DNA of 64,000 nucleotides. Source: Spirochaetales bacterium (GTDB lineage: Bacteria; Spirochaetota; Spirochaetia; JABEVK01). Below, one piece after another: positions 1 to 9,992 of the stretch (position 1 is its first letter; each line of letters opens with the position of its first letter). The stretch is taken from positions 168,436 through 232,435 of the forward strand of contig JBAXAI010000002.1 in the NCBI GenBank assembly GCA_037142615.1, read 5' to 3'. Both the position numbers and the translations under genes were made by a program. A model generated the notes under the pieces. The model saw only the letters and a program-made list of their open reading frames with translations. It was not told the origin of the DNA and made no database searches.

Positions 1-576
1 AACCCCGAGGAACCTCAGGTGGTTTATACCGGCGACGGGTACAAGGTCCGTTCGTTCCCGCTCAACCACAGCCGGGTCTGCGTTGGCTACACGCTCGAGG
101 AAGACATCCGCCCCGGGATTTTCCATCCCGAGAAGGTGAAGGAACTCGGGGTGCCCATGGGTCCGCTGTGGAGCAAGCTTCAGGCCGGCGAAAGCGTGCA
201 GACGCCCGACGGCCGGACGGTGACGAGCGCCGAAGTGCTTGGCGGTGCCCGCGAAGGGTGCAAGTTCAGCTACGTCACCGACACGGCGCCTCACCCGGGC
301 ATCAGCCGCGAAGTGGCCGGCTCGGACCTGCTTTTGTGCGAGGGTATGTTCACCCGGGATCTGGAGGCCAGCGCGCGCGAAAAACGCCACCTGACCAGCA
401 CCCAGGCGGGCGAGATTGCGAAGGCTGCCGGCGTGCGCGAGATGGGCTTGTTCCACTACTCGCCGCGCTGCAACGAAAAGGAACTCAAGCGTCTGTTGAC
501 CGAGGCGCGGGAAGTTTTCCCGCAGACCTTTCTGTCGAGAGACGGCCAGACGATAGAAATTCCCAACCGGGAGTAA
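1..576 (+). CDS. rnz: Ribonuclease Z, 5'-truncated by the window edge
   Basis: HS..C.GY, exosite (PG.F..EK..ELGVP.GP), YVTDT, EGMF, HLTS and HYSPR motifs of RNase Z. The frame is open to position 1. Confidence 0.9.
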   Translation, partial: NPEEPQVVYTGDGYKVRSFPLNHSRVCVGYTLEEDIRPGIFHPEKVKELGVPMGPLWSKLQAGESVQTPDGRTVTSAEVLGGAREGCKFSYVTDTAPHPGISREVAGSDLLLCEGMFTRDLEASAREKRHLTSTQAGEIAKAAGVREMGLFHYSPRCNEKELKRLLTEAREVFPQTFLSRDGQTIEIPNRE

Positions 577-601
577 CTTCCGGCGGGGCGAGAGGGAAAA
601 C

Positions 602-1543
602 ATGATCAAAGTCCACCAACTCGTGAGGTTCTACGGGAAGTTCACGGCCGTGAACGATGTCAGTTTCGAAGTCGGGAAGGGGCAGATCGTGGGACTTTTG
701 GGTCCCAACGGTGCCGGCAAGACCACCCTGATGAAGATGCTGACGGGGTTTCACTTCCCCAAGAGCGGGGAGATCCGCATCGGCGGCATCGATATCCTCC
801 AGGATCCGCAAAAGGCGCAGGCGCTCATCGGCTACCTGCCCGAAAGCTCGCCGGTGTACCCCGACCTGACCGTCGGCGAGTACCTCGAGTTTGTCGCGGG
901 TGTGCGGGGCATCGCCAAGGCTGAGCAAAACGCGGCCATCGAAAAGGCGTTGACGCAGACCGATGCCCTGGCCTTCCGCAACAAGGTCGCCAGCCACCTG
1001 TCGAAGGGCCAAAAACAGCGCGTGGGCCTGGCTCAGGCCATCCTCCACGACCCCGAGATCCTGATCCTCGACGAGCCCACCAGCGGCCTCGACCCGCACC
1101 AGATTCTGGAGTTCCGCCAACTTATCCTGGCCATCGGCCGCGAAAAAACCGTCATCTTGAGCACCCACATCATGCAGGAAGTCGAGGCGCTGTGCGAACG
1201 CGTGCTCATCATGAACCGCGGCAAAATCGTCGCCGAGGGCAAGGCGGCCGACATCGCGCGGAACCTGCAGGGCGAAAACCGCTACGTGGTGCACTTCACC
1301 GGCGGTGCTGCCGCGACCGGGCCGTTGCTGGCCCAGCTTCCCGGTTTGCTGCGCGCCCCCGAGGCGGCCGAGGGTGGCGGGTTCTTGTGCTCCTTCCCGC
1401 TCGAGATTTCCGGCGGCGAGGTGCTGTTCGACTTCGCCGTGGCCCACGGGCTCAAGCTCGTGTCGCTGATTCCGCAAACCATCCGCCTCGAAGACCTCTT
1501 CGTGCAACTCACCAAGGAGGACACCCATGCAGTCCCTGCTTAG
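602..1543 (+). CDS. ABC transporter ATP-binding protein (GldA-like)
   Basis: Walker A GPNGAGKT, signature LSKGQKQR, Walker B ILILDEP. Confidence 0.9.
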   Translation: MIKVHQLVRFYGKFTAVNDVSFEVGKGQIVGLLGPNGAGKTTLMKMLTGFHFPKSGEIRIGGIDILQDPQKAQALIGYLPESSPVYPDLTVGEYLEFVAGVRGIAKAEQNAAIEKALTQTDALAFRNKVASHLSKGQKQRVGLAQAILHDPEILILDEPTSGLDPHQILEFRQLILAIGREKTVILSTHIMQEVEALCERVLIMNRGKIVAEGKAADIARNLQGENRYVVHFTGGAAATGPLLAQLPGLLRAPEAAEGGGFLCSFPLEISGGEVLFDFAVAHGLKLVSLIPQTIRLEDLFVQLTKEDTHAVPA

Positions 1544-2249
1544 CGTGTGGCGCAAAGAACTGCGCTCCGCCACCGGCAGCCCCGTCGCCGTCGGTGCCAT
1601 TCTGTTCTTTCTGCTTCTCACCGGCATCTGGTTTTTGTGGATCAGCCAGTTCCTGGTGCAAAACACCGCCAGCTTGCGCGGTTACTTCGCCACCTTTCCG
1701 GTGGCGTTCACCATTCTGATTCCCGCCATCACCATGCGCACGTGGGCCGAGGAACGCAAGCTCGGCAGCCAGGAGCTTCTGCTCACCTTGCCGGTCAAGA
1801 CGGGTTACCTCGTCGCGGGCAAGTTTTTGGGAGCCTGGACCATCGTGCTGGCCATGCTGGTGCTCACGCTGCCGATGACCTTTATGGTGACAGGCTTGGG
1901 CAACTTCGAGATCGGTGAGATTGTCGGCGAGTACCTCGGCATCGTGTTCTTGTCGGCCGCCGCCACCGCGCTGGGCGTGTTTCTTTCGGGCCTGACCACC
2001 AACACCATTTCGGCCTTTCTGCTGTCGGTGGCCGGGCTGCTGCTGTTTGCCGTGGGGGGCAGCATCGCCGCCATCATCAACCTGCCGAACGCTGTCGTGG
2101 AAGGCATCCGCTTTTTCAGTCTCGACAGCCGGTACTCCACCTTCCAGCGCGGCATTCTCGATAGCCGCGACGCGCTGTACTTTGTCTGGTTCACGGCGTT
2201 GTTCCTGTACTTGAACAGCAAGATCCTCATCCTCAGGAAGTGGAAGTAA
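1527..2249 (+). CDS. ABC-2 permease (GldF-like)
   Basis: About 6 TM segments, with the MRTWAEERK.G..ELLLTLP and GILDSRD motifs of GldF-type permeases. Confidence 0.85.
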   Translation: MQSLLSVWRKELRSATGSPVAVGAILFFLLLTGIWFLWISQFLVQNTASLRGYFATFPVAFTILIPAITMRTWAEERKLGSQELLLTLPVKTGYLVAGKFLGAWTIVLAMLVLTLPMTFMVTGLGNFEIGEIVGEYLGIVFLSAAATALGVFLSGLTTNTISAFLLSVAGLLLFAVGGSIAAIINLPNAVVEGIRFFSLDSRYSTFQRGILDSRDALYFVWFTALFLYLNSKILILRKWK

Positions 2250-2250
2250 G

Positions 2251-3780
2251 ATGAGTCACCAACAAACGCACGAAAAGATCCTGCTTTGGCTGTCGCTCGG
2301 CATCTTCGCCGCCGCCGTGGTCAACCTGAGCGTGTTCGGATTCCGCCTCGACCTGACTTCGGCCGGCTCGTGGTCGATTTCGAAAGCGACGGTAGCAACG
2401 CTGGCCCAGGCCAAGGAAGAGCTGAGCATCACCTACTACCTCAGCAAGAAGCTCACCACCTACTATCCCGTCACCCAGGGACTGGCAGACTTTCTCGCCG
2501 AGTACGCGGCCGCCTCGGGTGGCAAGGTCAAGGTGCACGTGGTTGATCCCGCCGACACCGGCGAACTGAACGACATGGCCCGCTGGGGAATCCTGGGCAA
2601 CCAGATCAACGTCGTCGAGCAGAGCCAGCAGACGCAGGCCATGGTGTACTCGGGCATCCTCATCCGCTACCTCGACCGTCAAGAAGTTCTTCCGCAGGTG
2701 CAGCAGGTCGAGACGTTGGAGTACGACCTGACAAGCCATATCGACAAGCTGATCACCCAGAAGACCAAAACCTACGCCCTGCTGTCGGCAGACCCGGCCA
2801 AGACTCTCGAGAATACCTACCGGCTCCTGGCGCAAACCCTGACCAAGAACGCGTCGTTTGTCGCGCTGCAGCCCGGCGAGGCCATCGGCGAAAACGTCAC
2901 CGCCGTCATCGTGGCAGGCAGCAAAGGCATCACCGAGGCAGCGCTCAAACCCCTCGACGACTACCTGATGAAGGGCGGCAAGCTGCTGATCGCAGCCGAT
3001 GGCGTGTTCGTCGACATCGCGAACGCCCAAGCTGCCGCTGTACCCGCCGGTGACAACGCGCTGCTCAGGGCGCTGAGAGGCTGGGGTGTGCAAGTGGACC
3101 AGAGCCTGGTGCTCGACGCCTACAACGAGCTCGTGCAATTCCAGTCCTCACAGGGAGTTGCGCTGCGCCGCTATCCGGAATGGGTGCAGATTCTCCCCAA
3201 GAACACCTCGACAACAAACCCAGTGACCAGCCGGTTTGGGGGCCTGTCCCTGATGTGGGCGAGTCCGCTCACGGCAACGCCCGTCGCCGGAATCAAGGCC
3301 GAAAACTTGGCCTGGACAAGCGAGAAGTCGTGGCTCATGAAAGACAACCTCACGATTGATCCCGACCAGTCGGCCCGCACCGGAGTCTTGCCGGGGGTTG
3401 TGCTGGGCAAGCAGACTGTGGTGATGGCCCTCACCGGGACCTTTGCTTCGTCGTTCCCCAACGGGGGGAGCAGCCCTGCTACCCGCATCGTCGTTGCTGG
3501 TTCTTCGAACTTCCTCACCGACCTGATGCAGATGATCCAGACCGACGCCAACGCCGCGTTCGCCGAAAACGCTCTGGGCTGGCTGGCTCAGGACGAAGGC
3601 CTGCTGTCGATCAAGACCCGCACTTATCGCGATAAGAACCTCACACTGTTGCAGGATCCGCAGGTTCGTAACCAGGCCGCCTTCGCGCTGTCGTTCGTCA
3701 ACTTGGCGTTTGTACCGCTGTTGGTGCTCGGCTGGGGGCTCTTCCGGTTCCTGCGCCGCCGCCGCCGGGAGCAAGACTGA
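2251..3780 (+). CDS. GldG-family ABC auxiliary protein
   Basis: N-terminal TM, RLDLT..S.S..T motif, LEYDLT, large periplasmic domain, C-terminal TM followed by RRRR. Confidence 0.85.
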   Translation: MSHQQTHEKILLWLSLGIFAAAVVNLSVFGFRLDLTSAGSWSISKATVATLAQAKEELSITYYLSKKLTTYYPVTQGLADFLAEYAAASGGKVKVHVVDPADTGELNDMARWGILGNQINVVEQSQQTQAMVYSGILIRYLDRQEVLPQVQQVETLEYDLTSHIDKLITQKTKTYALLSADPAKTLENTYRLLAQTLTKNASFVALQPGEAIGENVTAVIVAGSKGITEAALKPLDDYLMKGGKLLIAADGVFVDIANAQAAAVPAGDNALLRALRGWGVQVDQSLVLDAYNELVQFQSSQGVALRRYPEWVQILPKNTSTTNPVTSRFGGLSLMWASPLTATPVAGIKAENLAWTSEKSWLMKDNLTIDPDQSARTGVLPGVVLGKQTVVMALTGTFASSFPNGGSSPATRIVVAGSSNFLTDLMQMIQTDANAAFAENALGWLAQDEGLLSIKTRTYRDKNLTLLQDPQVRNQAAFALSFVNLAFVPLLVLGWGLFRFLRRRRREQD

Positions 3781-3800
3781 TGAAAACAGGAGAACGATCC

Positions 3801-4733
3801 ATGGATTACCGAACCAAAGTCACCGTGCTGTCTGCCTTGTTGGGCCTGCTCACCCTCACCGCGGTTCTCGGTGTCGTCTTTTCGGGCCAGTCGATGGCCC
3901 AGCGTCAGGCGCAGGAGGCTTTGTTGCCTGGTTTTCAGGCCGACTTGGTGACGTCGTTGGAACTGCCCAAAGAAACCGTGCTGACGCGGACTCCCGCTGG
4001 CACCACGCAAGCCTGGGCACTCAAAGTGAGCGGTCAGGCGTATCCTGCCGCCCCCGAGCGGGTCACGGACTACCTCAAGGCCTTGGGTGGCCTTCGACGC
4101 GAGCGGCTGGTGGGCCGTTCTGTGGCGTTGGCCGAGTTTGGGCTCGACGCTCCCCAGAGTGTTCTGGTGAAGGACAAAACCGGCCGCGTGCTGTTCGAAA
4201 TCCTCGCCGGAAAGTCCGACGCCTCGGCGACCAAAGTGTATGTGCAGCTCAAGGGCTCGCCCGAGGTCTGGGAAACCGACGCCGCTCTGGTGCGACCGTT
4301 GCAGGTGGACTTCAACACGTGGGCAGACCTCACGTTGGCTCCTGGCAAGAAGCCTTCCGACCTGACTCGGCTCACCTACACGGGCGCTCTCGAAGCCGCC
4401 GACAAGACGAAATATGCGGCCTTTGACCTGGTGAAGGGGGGAACTCCTGAAAAGCCCGAATGGACCAATCAGCTCGACAAGTCAAAACCGGCCAAAGCCG
4501 TCACTTGGGTCAATCAGGTGGCCAGCTACCGTTTCGGTGTGTTCTTTTCGCCGGGCGAGGCCACGGCGATTGACGGCTCAGGGGGCAAGCTGGTGCTGGA
4601 ATGGGGCGACAACACGCGAACCGAAGTTACGCTAGGTGCTCGCGACGCCCAGAACCGCTACCCGGCCACCGACGGCCAACGCAAGTTCTGGGTTTACGAC
4701 TGGTCGCTGAGTCAGCTCCTGTTTCAGCCCTAG
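3801..4733 (+). CDS. DUF4340-like periplasmic protein
   Basis: N-terminal anchor, LAEFGLDAP and G...YV motifs. It is the usual fourth gene of Gld-like ABC operons. Alternative start at 3780. Confidence 0.7.
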   Translation: MDYRTKVTVLSALLGLLTLTAVLGVVFSGQSMAQRQAQEALLPGFQADLVTSLELPKETVLTRTPAGTTQAWALKVSGQAYPAAPERVTDYLKALGGLRRERLVGRSVALAEFGLDAPQSVLVKDKTGRVLFEILAGKSDASATKVYVQLKGSPEVWETDAALVRPLQVDFNTWADLTLAPGKKPSDLTRLTYTGALEAADKTKYAAFDLVKGGTPEKPEWTNQLDKSKPAKAVTWVNQVASYRFGVFFSPGEATAIDGSGGKLVLEWGDNTRTEVTLGARDAQNRYPATDGQRKFWVYDWSLSQLLFQP

Positions 4734-4745
4734 TTCGACAGCCCG

Positions 4746-5942
4746 TTAGGCTTCGGGTGACTGGCGGGCCAAGTGCTCGCGGTACCGGTCCGGGTCGGTC
4801 TTGAGCCCGACCACGCGGGTGGCCCCGGTCATCGCCCGGCCTAGCGCCGAGGTTGCCTCGTCGGTGAGCGTTTTGGCGCTGACGAGGCGGCCTGTTCTTG
4901 CTGCCACGCCAGCGCGGAGTTTCACCTGCGGCAAGGTGCGCTCCACGCGCTGCAAGAAGGCCTGGGCTTCCGACAAACCCTTTTCCAGACTTCGGTTTGG
5001 GAGCACCACGGCGATGCCAGGCGCCTTTTCGCGGGTCTCAAAATCGAGGTCGACCGACGGGAAGTAGGCTCGAACTTCCTGGGCCACCGCGCCATACGTC
5101 GACTCCGAGGCGAGCTCGGCTCCACCAAACAGCAATACAGTAAGGTCTTGGTTGTCGGCTGCGCAGCGGTCGAGTTCGCCGCCCAAGCGGTCGGCGAAAA
5201 AATGCGACCAACCCAAACCGCTGTCGGCCGTCAGGCTCGGGCCTTCGGGTGAAACAAACGTGTCGGTGTTCAGCGGCGGAAGGTCCTCCATGCTCAGCGA
5301 CTCGTCGAACCAGTACTCGTCTTCGTCTTCGGTCTCGGGCACTCCCGGGTCCCACGCCTCCTGCTCTTCCTGGGAAGGCGCTGGCGACGGGGCCGGGCGA
5401 GCGCTGTCGGTCGGCTCTGTTCGCCTTCGGAGCTGGAACGCGACGAGCAGCGTCGTCAGCAACAACAACACAAAAAGGGTGATTCCAGAGGCTCGCAGAA
5501 GGCCCAGCACTTCGGTCGTCGAGTAGAACTCCACCACACCCTGCAGGGTCCAAGGCTGGCCTGAGGGTGTGTAGACCTTGACCTCGGCCAGAATTTCGCG
5601 GGGGAACCGGGGAGCCCAGGCGGGAGACTCCTTGGAAAGGTCACCGGTATTGCGGGGGCCGTAGTAGTATTCGGTGGCACGCTCGGGCGAGGTGAGCAGA
5701 ACCATCTTCCAGCGGGTGTCGCCCAGAAGTTTAGCCCGAATCACGCCAGACAACGCCTTGGAGTCGGCCGGTGTGTGAATCGACCAGTCGGTCACAGAAC
5801 CCGCGGCATCCCTGAGGGCCTCATAGGCTTGAGTCTCCGTTTTTGCTCGGAGCTGATACCAGTCGGTAACGGCCCAAGCGAGCAAACCGGTCAGTGTGAG
5901 GGCAACCAAAAGGGAGTACAAGCGCGTGACGGCCGTGTTCAT
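4746..5942 (-). CDS. Membrane protein with a degenerate GGDEF-like C-terminal domain
   Basis: Two TM segments, acidic linker, then DSGL..FF.DRL..EL.R.....LTVLLF, resembling a GGDEF-domain start, but no GG(D/E)EF motif. Start chosen from TATAAT-N6-ATG. Confidence 0.55.
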   Translation of the reverse strand: MNTAVTRLYSLLVALTLTGLLAWAVTDWYQLRAKTETQAYEALRDAAGSVTDWSIHTPADSKALSGVIRAKLLGDTRWKMVLLTSPERATEYYYGPRNTGDLSKESPAWAPRFPREILAEVKVYTPSGQPWTLQGVVEFYSTTEVLGLLRASGITLFVLLLLTTLLVAFQLRRRTEPTDSARPAPSPAPSQEEQEAWDPGVPETEDEDEYWFDESLSMEDLPPLNTDTFVSPEGPSLTADSGLGWSHFFADRLGGELDRCAADNQDLTVLLFGGAELASESTYGAVAQEVRAYFPSVDLDFETREKAPGIAVVLPNRSLEKGLSEAQAFLQRVERTLPQVKLRAGVAARTGRLVSAKTLTDEATSALGRAMTGATRVVGLKTDPDRYREHLARQSPEA

Positions 5943-5972
5943 ACCCCCATTATACGGACGATGCACCAAAAA

Positions 5973-7583
5973 TCAATCTTGGAGCGGGGCCAGGGCTTGT
6001 TCCACCAGGCGCTCGTGCCAGCCCTCTTTGCGACCCCACAGGCGGAGTTGGGCGAGGGCGAGAGGCCAGAGCGCCAGCCAGTCCTCCTGGCGGTCGGTTG
6101 GCAGCGAGGCCAGCCACACGGCCATGGGTTGACCTGCCGGCAACTTCGGCAGGGTTTGAAGCCGCCGGCGCCAATCGGCCTCCCAGGCTTCCAGATTCCC
6201 GGCTTTCGAGTAGGGGACAAACGGGACTGCGGGTTTGCTTGCCAGCTCAAGCCGGCGCTGGTCCATGCGGACCCGGTATTCCCTCAGCAGGGGTGTCGTG
6301 TAGCACACTCCTTCCGTGTTCTCGTGGCGTTGCAAATCTTCTGCACCGTAGCAACCGGCCAGCAGCCTGGTTTCCCCTGGGCTGGTGCGAAGGGCCGCAC
6401 GCAGGTGGAGGGGATACACGTACGTGCCGCGGGCGTAGCCTTTGGCCCACGGGTAGGCGAGGTTGACACCCCAGAGCCGGGTTTCCTGGGCACCCCACGC
6501 GGCGGCGAGCTCCAAACCCAGCCCCGAGACGTTGGCCGTTGGGACCTCGATTCGCGGAAGGCCGGAAAAGTGCCTTTGAACGACCCTCGCCATGGGGTGG
6601 CCCGACAGAAACGGGAGCACCGTCAGCCCCAGCCGGTGAAAAAGGGGCAACGAGGCCACGTCGGTCAACAGCGGCAGACCGTCGGGCAAAGGAGGGTGAA
6701 AATGGTGGGCACTCGGCAGTTGGCCGTCGAGGCAGAGGACGACATCGGGTCTCCATCCCCGGGCCAGCAGGGCCGGTAGGGCGGTGTCGGTGGCCAACAG
6801 CTTCCAGCCGTTCGTCGGCCGGCCCTCAAGCAGGCGCCGGTTCGCGTCCAACGCCAAGCTCACCTCCAGGCCGGGGCCGGCACCCGCGATCACGGCCCCC
6901 GCAGGGCGCTCCTGAAACTGGTCGAGAACCCGACCCGGCTTCAGCGGCTCAAGGGTTCTCAGATTGAACAGCAGGTTGTGGTACCACCGCGCGCCGAACC
7001 GGGCTTGGGTCGAAAAGTCGCCGCTCCACGAGGCCAGGCGGCGCTGGGCCTCACTGGCGTGAGCTTCCCACCGGGTGTCGTCGCCTGAAGTGGCCGGCCG
7101 CCACCAACGAATGACCACCCCTCCATCCCACAACGGGTGGTAGCGACTCGCCAGCCAGTCCAACCACCTGCCGGGCGCCTCGCAGGTGGCAAACCACAAA
7201 GGATCGGCGAGCTGGGCCCCAAAATCGCAAAGCGTGAACAGGTTTTGCCAAACCTCCAGCCGGGGTTCAACCGCCACAATCAAAGCCCGTCCCTTGCTGG
7301 CCTGTTTCCAAAGGGTGGGAGGCGCACCGCCGAAAACCACCAGAGTTGTGTCGGGTTCCAAGTCGCTCGACCAACGCTCGGCTTCTTTTTGCGCGTCGTA
7401 GGCCGACTCGAGTGCGAGCCGGCGCCCATTCGCGAGCACTGAAGGGAGCTCCTGCCCGGCACGCGAGCGCGGAGATTCTCCCTTCCAAGGTCCCAAAGCC
7501 CTCAGGCGCGTCCAGAGGCCATTCGAAAGTGCCTCCTGCCTCAGAGCCAGCGCCGCGAGGTTCGCCTCCCAAAACGAGTTCAC
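5973..7583 (-). CDS. Maf/DUF115 (MAF_flag10, MptE-like) protein
   Basis: IAGAGPGL, ATDTALP.L...G..PD.V..LDGQ and GVNLAYP..KGYARG motifs, plus N-terminal LES.YD..KEAER. Confidence 0.75.
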   Translation of the reverse strand: MNSFWEANLAALALRQEALSNGLWTRLRALGPWKGESPRSRAGQELPSVLANGRRLALESAYDAQKEAERWSSDLEPDTTLVVFGGAPPTLWKQASKGRALIVAVEPRLEVWQNLFTLCDFGAQLADPLWFATCEAPGRWLDWLASRYHPLWDGGVVIRWWRPATSGDDTRWEAHASEAQRRLASWSGDFSTQARFGARWYHNLLFNLRTLEPLKPGRVLDQFQERPAGAVIAGAGPGLEVSLALDANRRLLEGRPTNGWKLLATDTALPALLARGWRPDVVLCLDGQLPSAHHFHPPLPDGLPLLTDVASLPLFHRLGLTVLPFLSGHPMARVVQRHFSGLPRIEVPTANVSGLGLELAAAWGAQETRLWGVNLAYPWAKGYARGTYVYPLHLRAALRTSPGETRLLAGCYGAEDLQRHENTEGVCYTTPLLREYRVRMDQRRLELASKPAVPFVPYSKAGNLEAWEADWRRRLQTLPKLPAGQPMAVWLASLPTDRQEDWLALWPLALAQLRLWGRKEGWHERLVEQALAPLQD

Positions 7584-9085
7584 CGGACCTCCAACGTTGA
7601 CAGAAACTCGGCCAGGGGTCCTGCCAAGTCGAGGTCAGCGGGCCGGGGTGAACTGGCTGCGGTCAAGTGCGCTTGCAGCAAGTCAGGCTGGGCGGTTTCG
7701 GACCAGCGCCGCAAGGTCTCCTTGGTCATTTGCCCCGCCAGGAGTCGGGTCCTCCAGCGAACAAGCATAGCCCGCAGGCGCGTCACACGGTCGGTCCTTG
7801 AGGGCCAACCTTGAACAGCCGACCAGGTAACCGGCTGCCCAGAACCTTCCACCGCCAACTCGGCAAGGGCGTTCCACTCCAGCGGCTGGGTTCCTGGCCA
7901 CGTGACCTGCGTCGGCGCCAGGCGAAGCAGAGGCCGCGCGAACCGGGGTTGGGCACCGAGCCACAGGGCGTAGGTACGCATGGCTGGCGAAGTGTGGACT
8001 CCCGGCGCTACTTCCAGGGTCGCCTGCGAAAAGTAGCGCTCCGCCCAAAGCGCCTCCCACGGCGACAGACGACCCACGGCGCTGGCAAGTCTCCGGTCGA
8101 CCGTGTGTCCCGACACGTGCGCCCGAAAATCCCGGAAGGCCAGATCGAGGCCCGCGACCAGCACCGGACCGGACGTGAGGGCCTGAGCCCAATGGAGGGC
8201 GGTGACGGCCACGGTTCCTTGGCTGGGAACCTGCGTCGGTGGAAGCGGAAACTGAGAAAGGATTTCCGTTTCCCACGGGAGTCCCTGCCCAAAAAAGGCC
8301 GTCGGACGGGCCTCCAGCAGTGAGTCCGGAGCACCGGAAAGTGCTGAGACCACCTGGGCTTTTCCACCCGCCAAACGCCGCAGGTGCTCTCGGGCGTAGA
8401 AACCCCCATCAGTGGTGATGCCGACATCGGGTTCCAGACCTCTGAGTCGCAGCGCCTCGAAGCTCGACGGCAGCGCCCACAAGTCGAACGACGAGCGGCA
8501 GCGTCGAAGCACTTCCAGCCCGTCCTGCAACGTCGGGCCCGAAGCGGCCACCACAATCGGTCTTGTTCCTGCCACTGGTGTCACGGCTGACTCCCAGCCG
8601 GCGGCATTGCGCAGGGCATTGCGCCACCAGCGGGTTCCGCTGTGTTTCCACGTGAGCCAGGAACCTTGAACCGTCCGGAAAACGTCGCGGAAGGTCGAGG
8701 TCCATTCCAGGCATTCGCTGGGGGCCGCCCGCTCAAAAGCCGGCCAGACTTGCCACCGGCAACTTGCCGGGCCCGTCTTTTCCAAAACCGCTTCCAAGAA
8801 AGTAGCGAGGGGTTGTTTTCCGGGCCACCACGACCACTCCTGGGAGGCACTGCCCGTTTTTTCGGGCACAAGACTCACAACCCTCACCGACGGGGAGTGG
8901 ACCGCGACAGCCGCCTCCAGGTACCCACCGGCATCACCAAGCAGGAAAAGCGTTCCCGTGGGTGCGAGCTCGAGACTCCCGATCCATCGGGTGGCTTCCT
9001 TTTCCGGGTCATAGGCCGAGAACAACGCTTTTCCGTTCACCAGGAGCCGCGATCCTCCCGGACCGCTCTCGGTTCGAAGCTCCAA
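7580..9085 (-). CDS. Maf/DUF115 (MAF_flag10, MptE-like) protein
   Basis: L.S.YDP.KEA, AASGPTL, G..PD....TDGG, SQGTVA and AGLDLAF....H motifs. Confidence 0.75.
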   Translation of the reverse strand: MELRTESGPGGSRLLVNGKALFSAYDPEKEATRWIGSLELAPTGTLFLLGDAGGYLEAAVAVHSPSVRVVSLVPEKTGSASQEWSWWPGKQPLATFLEAVLEKTGPASCRWQVWPAFERAAPSECLEWTSTFRDVFRTVQGSWLTWKHSGTRWWRNALRNAAGWESAVTPVAGTRPIVVAASGPTLQDGLEVLRRCRSSFDLWALPSSFEALRLRGLEPDVGITTDGGFYAREHLRRLAGGKAQVVSALSGAPDSLLEARPTAFFGQGLPWETEILSQFPLPPTQVPSQGTVAVTALHWAQALTSGPVLVAGLDLAFRDFRAHVSGHTVDRRLASAVGRLSPWEALWAERYFSQATLEVAPGVHTSPAMRTYALWLGAQPRFARPLLRLAPTQVTWPGTQPLEWNALAELAVEGSGQPVTWSAVQGWPSRTDRVTRLRAMLVRWRTRLLAGQMTKETLRRWSETAQPDLLQAHLTAASSPRPADLDLAGPLAEFLSTLEVR

Positions 9086-9087
9086 GG

Positions 9088-9992
9088 TCAGCCCCCCAGA
9101 TAGCGGGTCAGCTCACCCGGGGACCTCAACACCGTGAGTTCCCACCGAGCAGTGTAACCCTCTGGCCATTGGAGTGCTCCGAGAATCTGGTGCCACAGAA
9201 GGTCTTTGTCCATTTTTCCTGGCAGCACGAAGAACGAAGTCAGCAGAGGGCCATTTTCGAGCACGGCTCCCTGCTCGCCGGCCAATTCTGACAGCGCGGA
9301 AACCAGCAGCATTCTGACGCGATGGGGGAACAGAAGTTTCTGTTCCGCGTGGCGCATCAGCCCCGAAGTCTCCATGCGGGCTGCCAGCAGAAGATGACCC
9401 TTTGCCAAAGTCTGGCTCAGCGTTGTTGCCACGGGGGTCGTTCGGGCCCTGGGCTTGGGAAACAACCACTGCAAGAAGGTGTACTTCAGCTGTGTCCAGG
9501 CCAACACGAACTTTTCGTCTTCCAGATCGAAGGGAGGAGAATCCACGAGCACGAGTACCCCGAGAAGAACCTGGGTGTCGGAAACCACGGGGAGCGCCAG
9601 TGGAAGCCCGGGTTGGGGCGTGAACTTGGACGAAAAAGCGATGAGTGCCGACTTCTCCGCTCCGCCGAGGATCTGCGGAACGCCGGCCGACAACCTCAGT
9701 CTGAGTGGAGGCGGAAGGTCCAGGCGAAACTCAGGTAGTGGTTTGTCGAGCGTCCAAGCCTTGAGGATCAGCTGCGGGGCGAGCACCGAATGGACCAAGA
9801 AGAAACCGACTCCCAACGACAGGAAGTCCGCAATCCGCGGCAGGGACTTGACCAACGGTGAAACAAAACCAGCGGTCTCCTGCCTATCCTGGGGTTGCTC
9901 CAGGTAGACCAAGACGTCTTTCCAGGTCAGCCCGGAAAAAGGTTTTTTTTTTCGGTGTCTTTGAGGCGTTGAGCGCGGTCAAGGAGTCCCAT
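9088..9992 (-). CDS. Hypothetical protein split by an A10 tract (frameshifted CDS, about 301 aa if a -1 shift occurs)
   Basis: The ATG at 9992 overlaps the upstream TAA (TAATG) and reads MGLLDRAQRLKDTEKK. The A10 tract (T10 on +, 9943-9952) leads in the -1 frame into the 274-aa ORF 9088..9912. Confidence 0.6.

Noticed and set aside
485-1666. Long antisense ORFs (also 12731..14020, 17098..18510, 46358..47683, 50385..51533, 58699..60459)
   Set aside because: Shadow ORFs opposite well-supported genes, as expected from high-GC codon bias.
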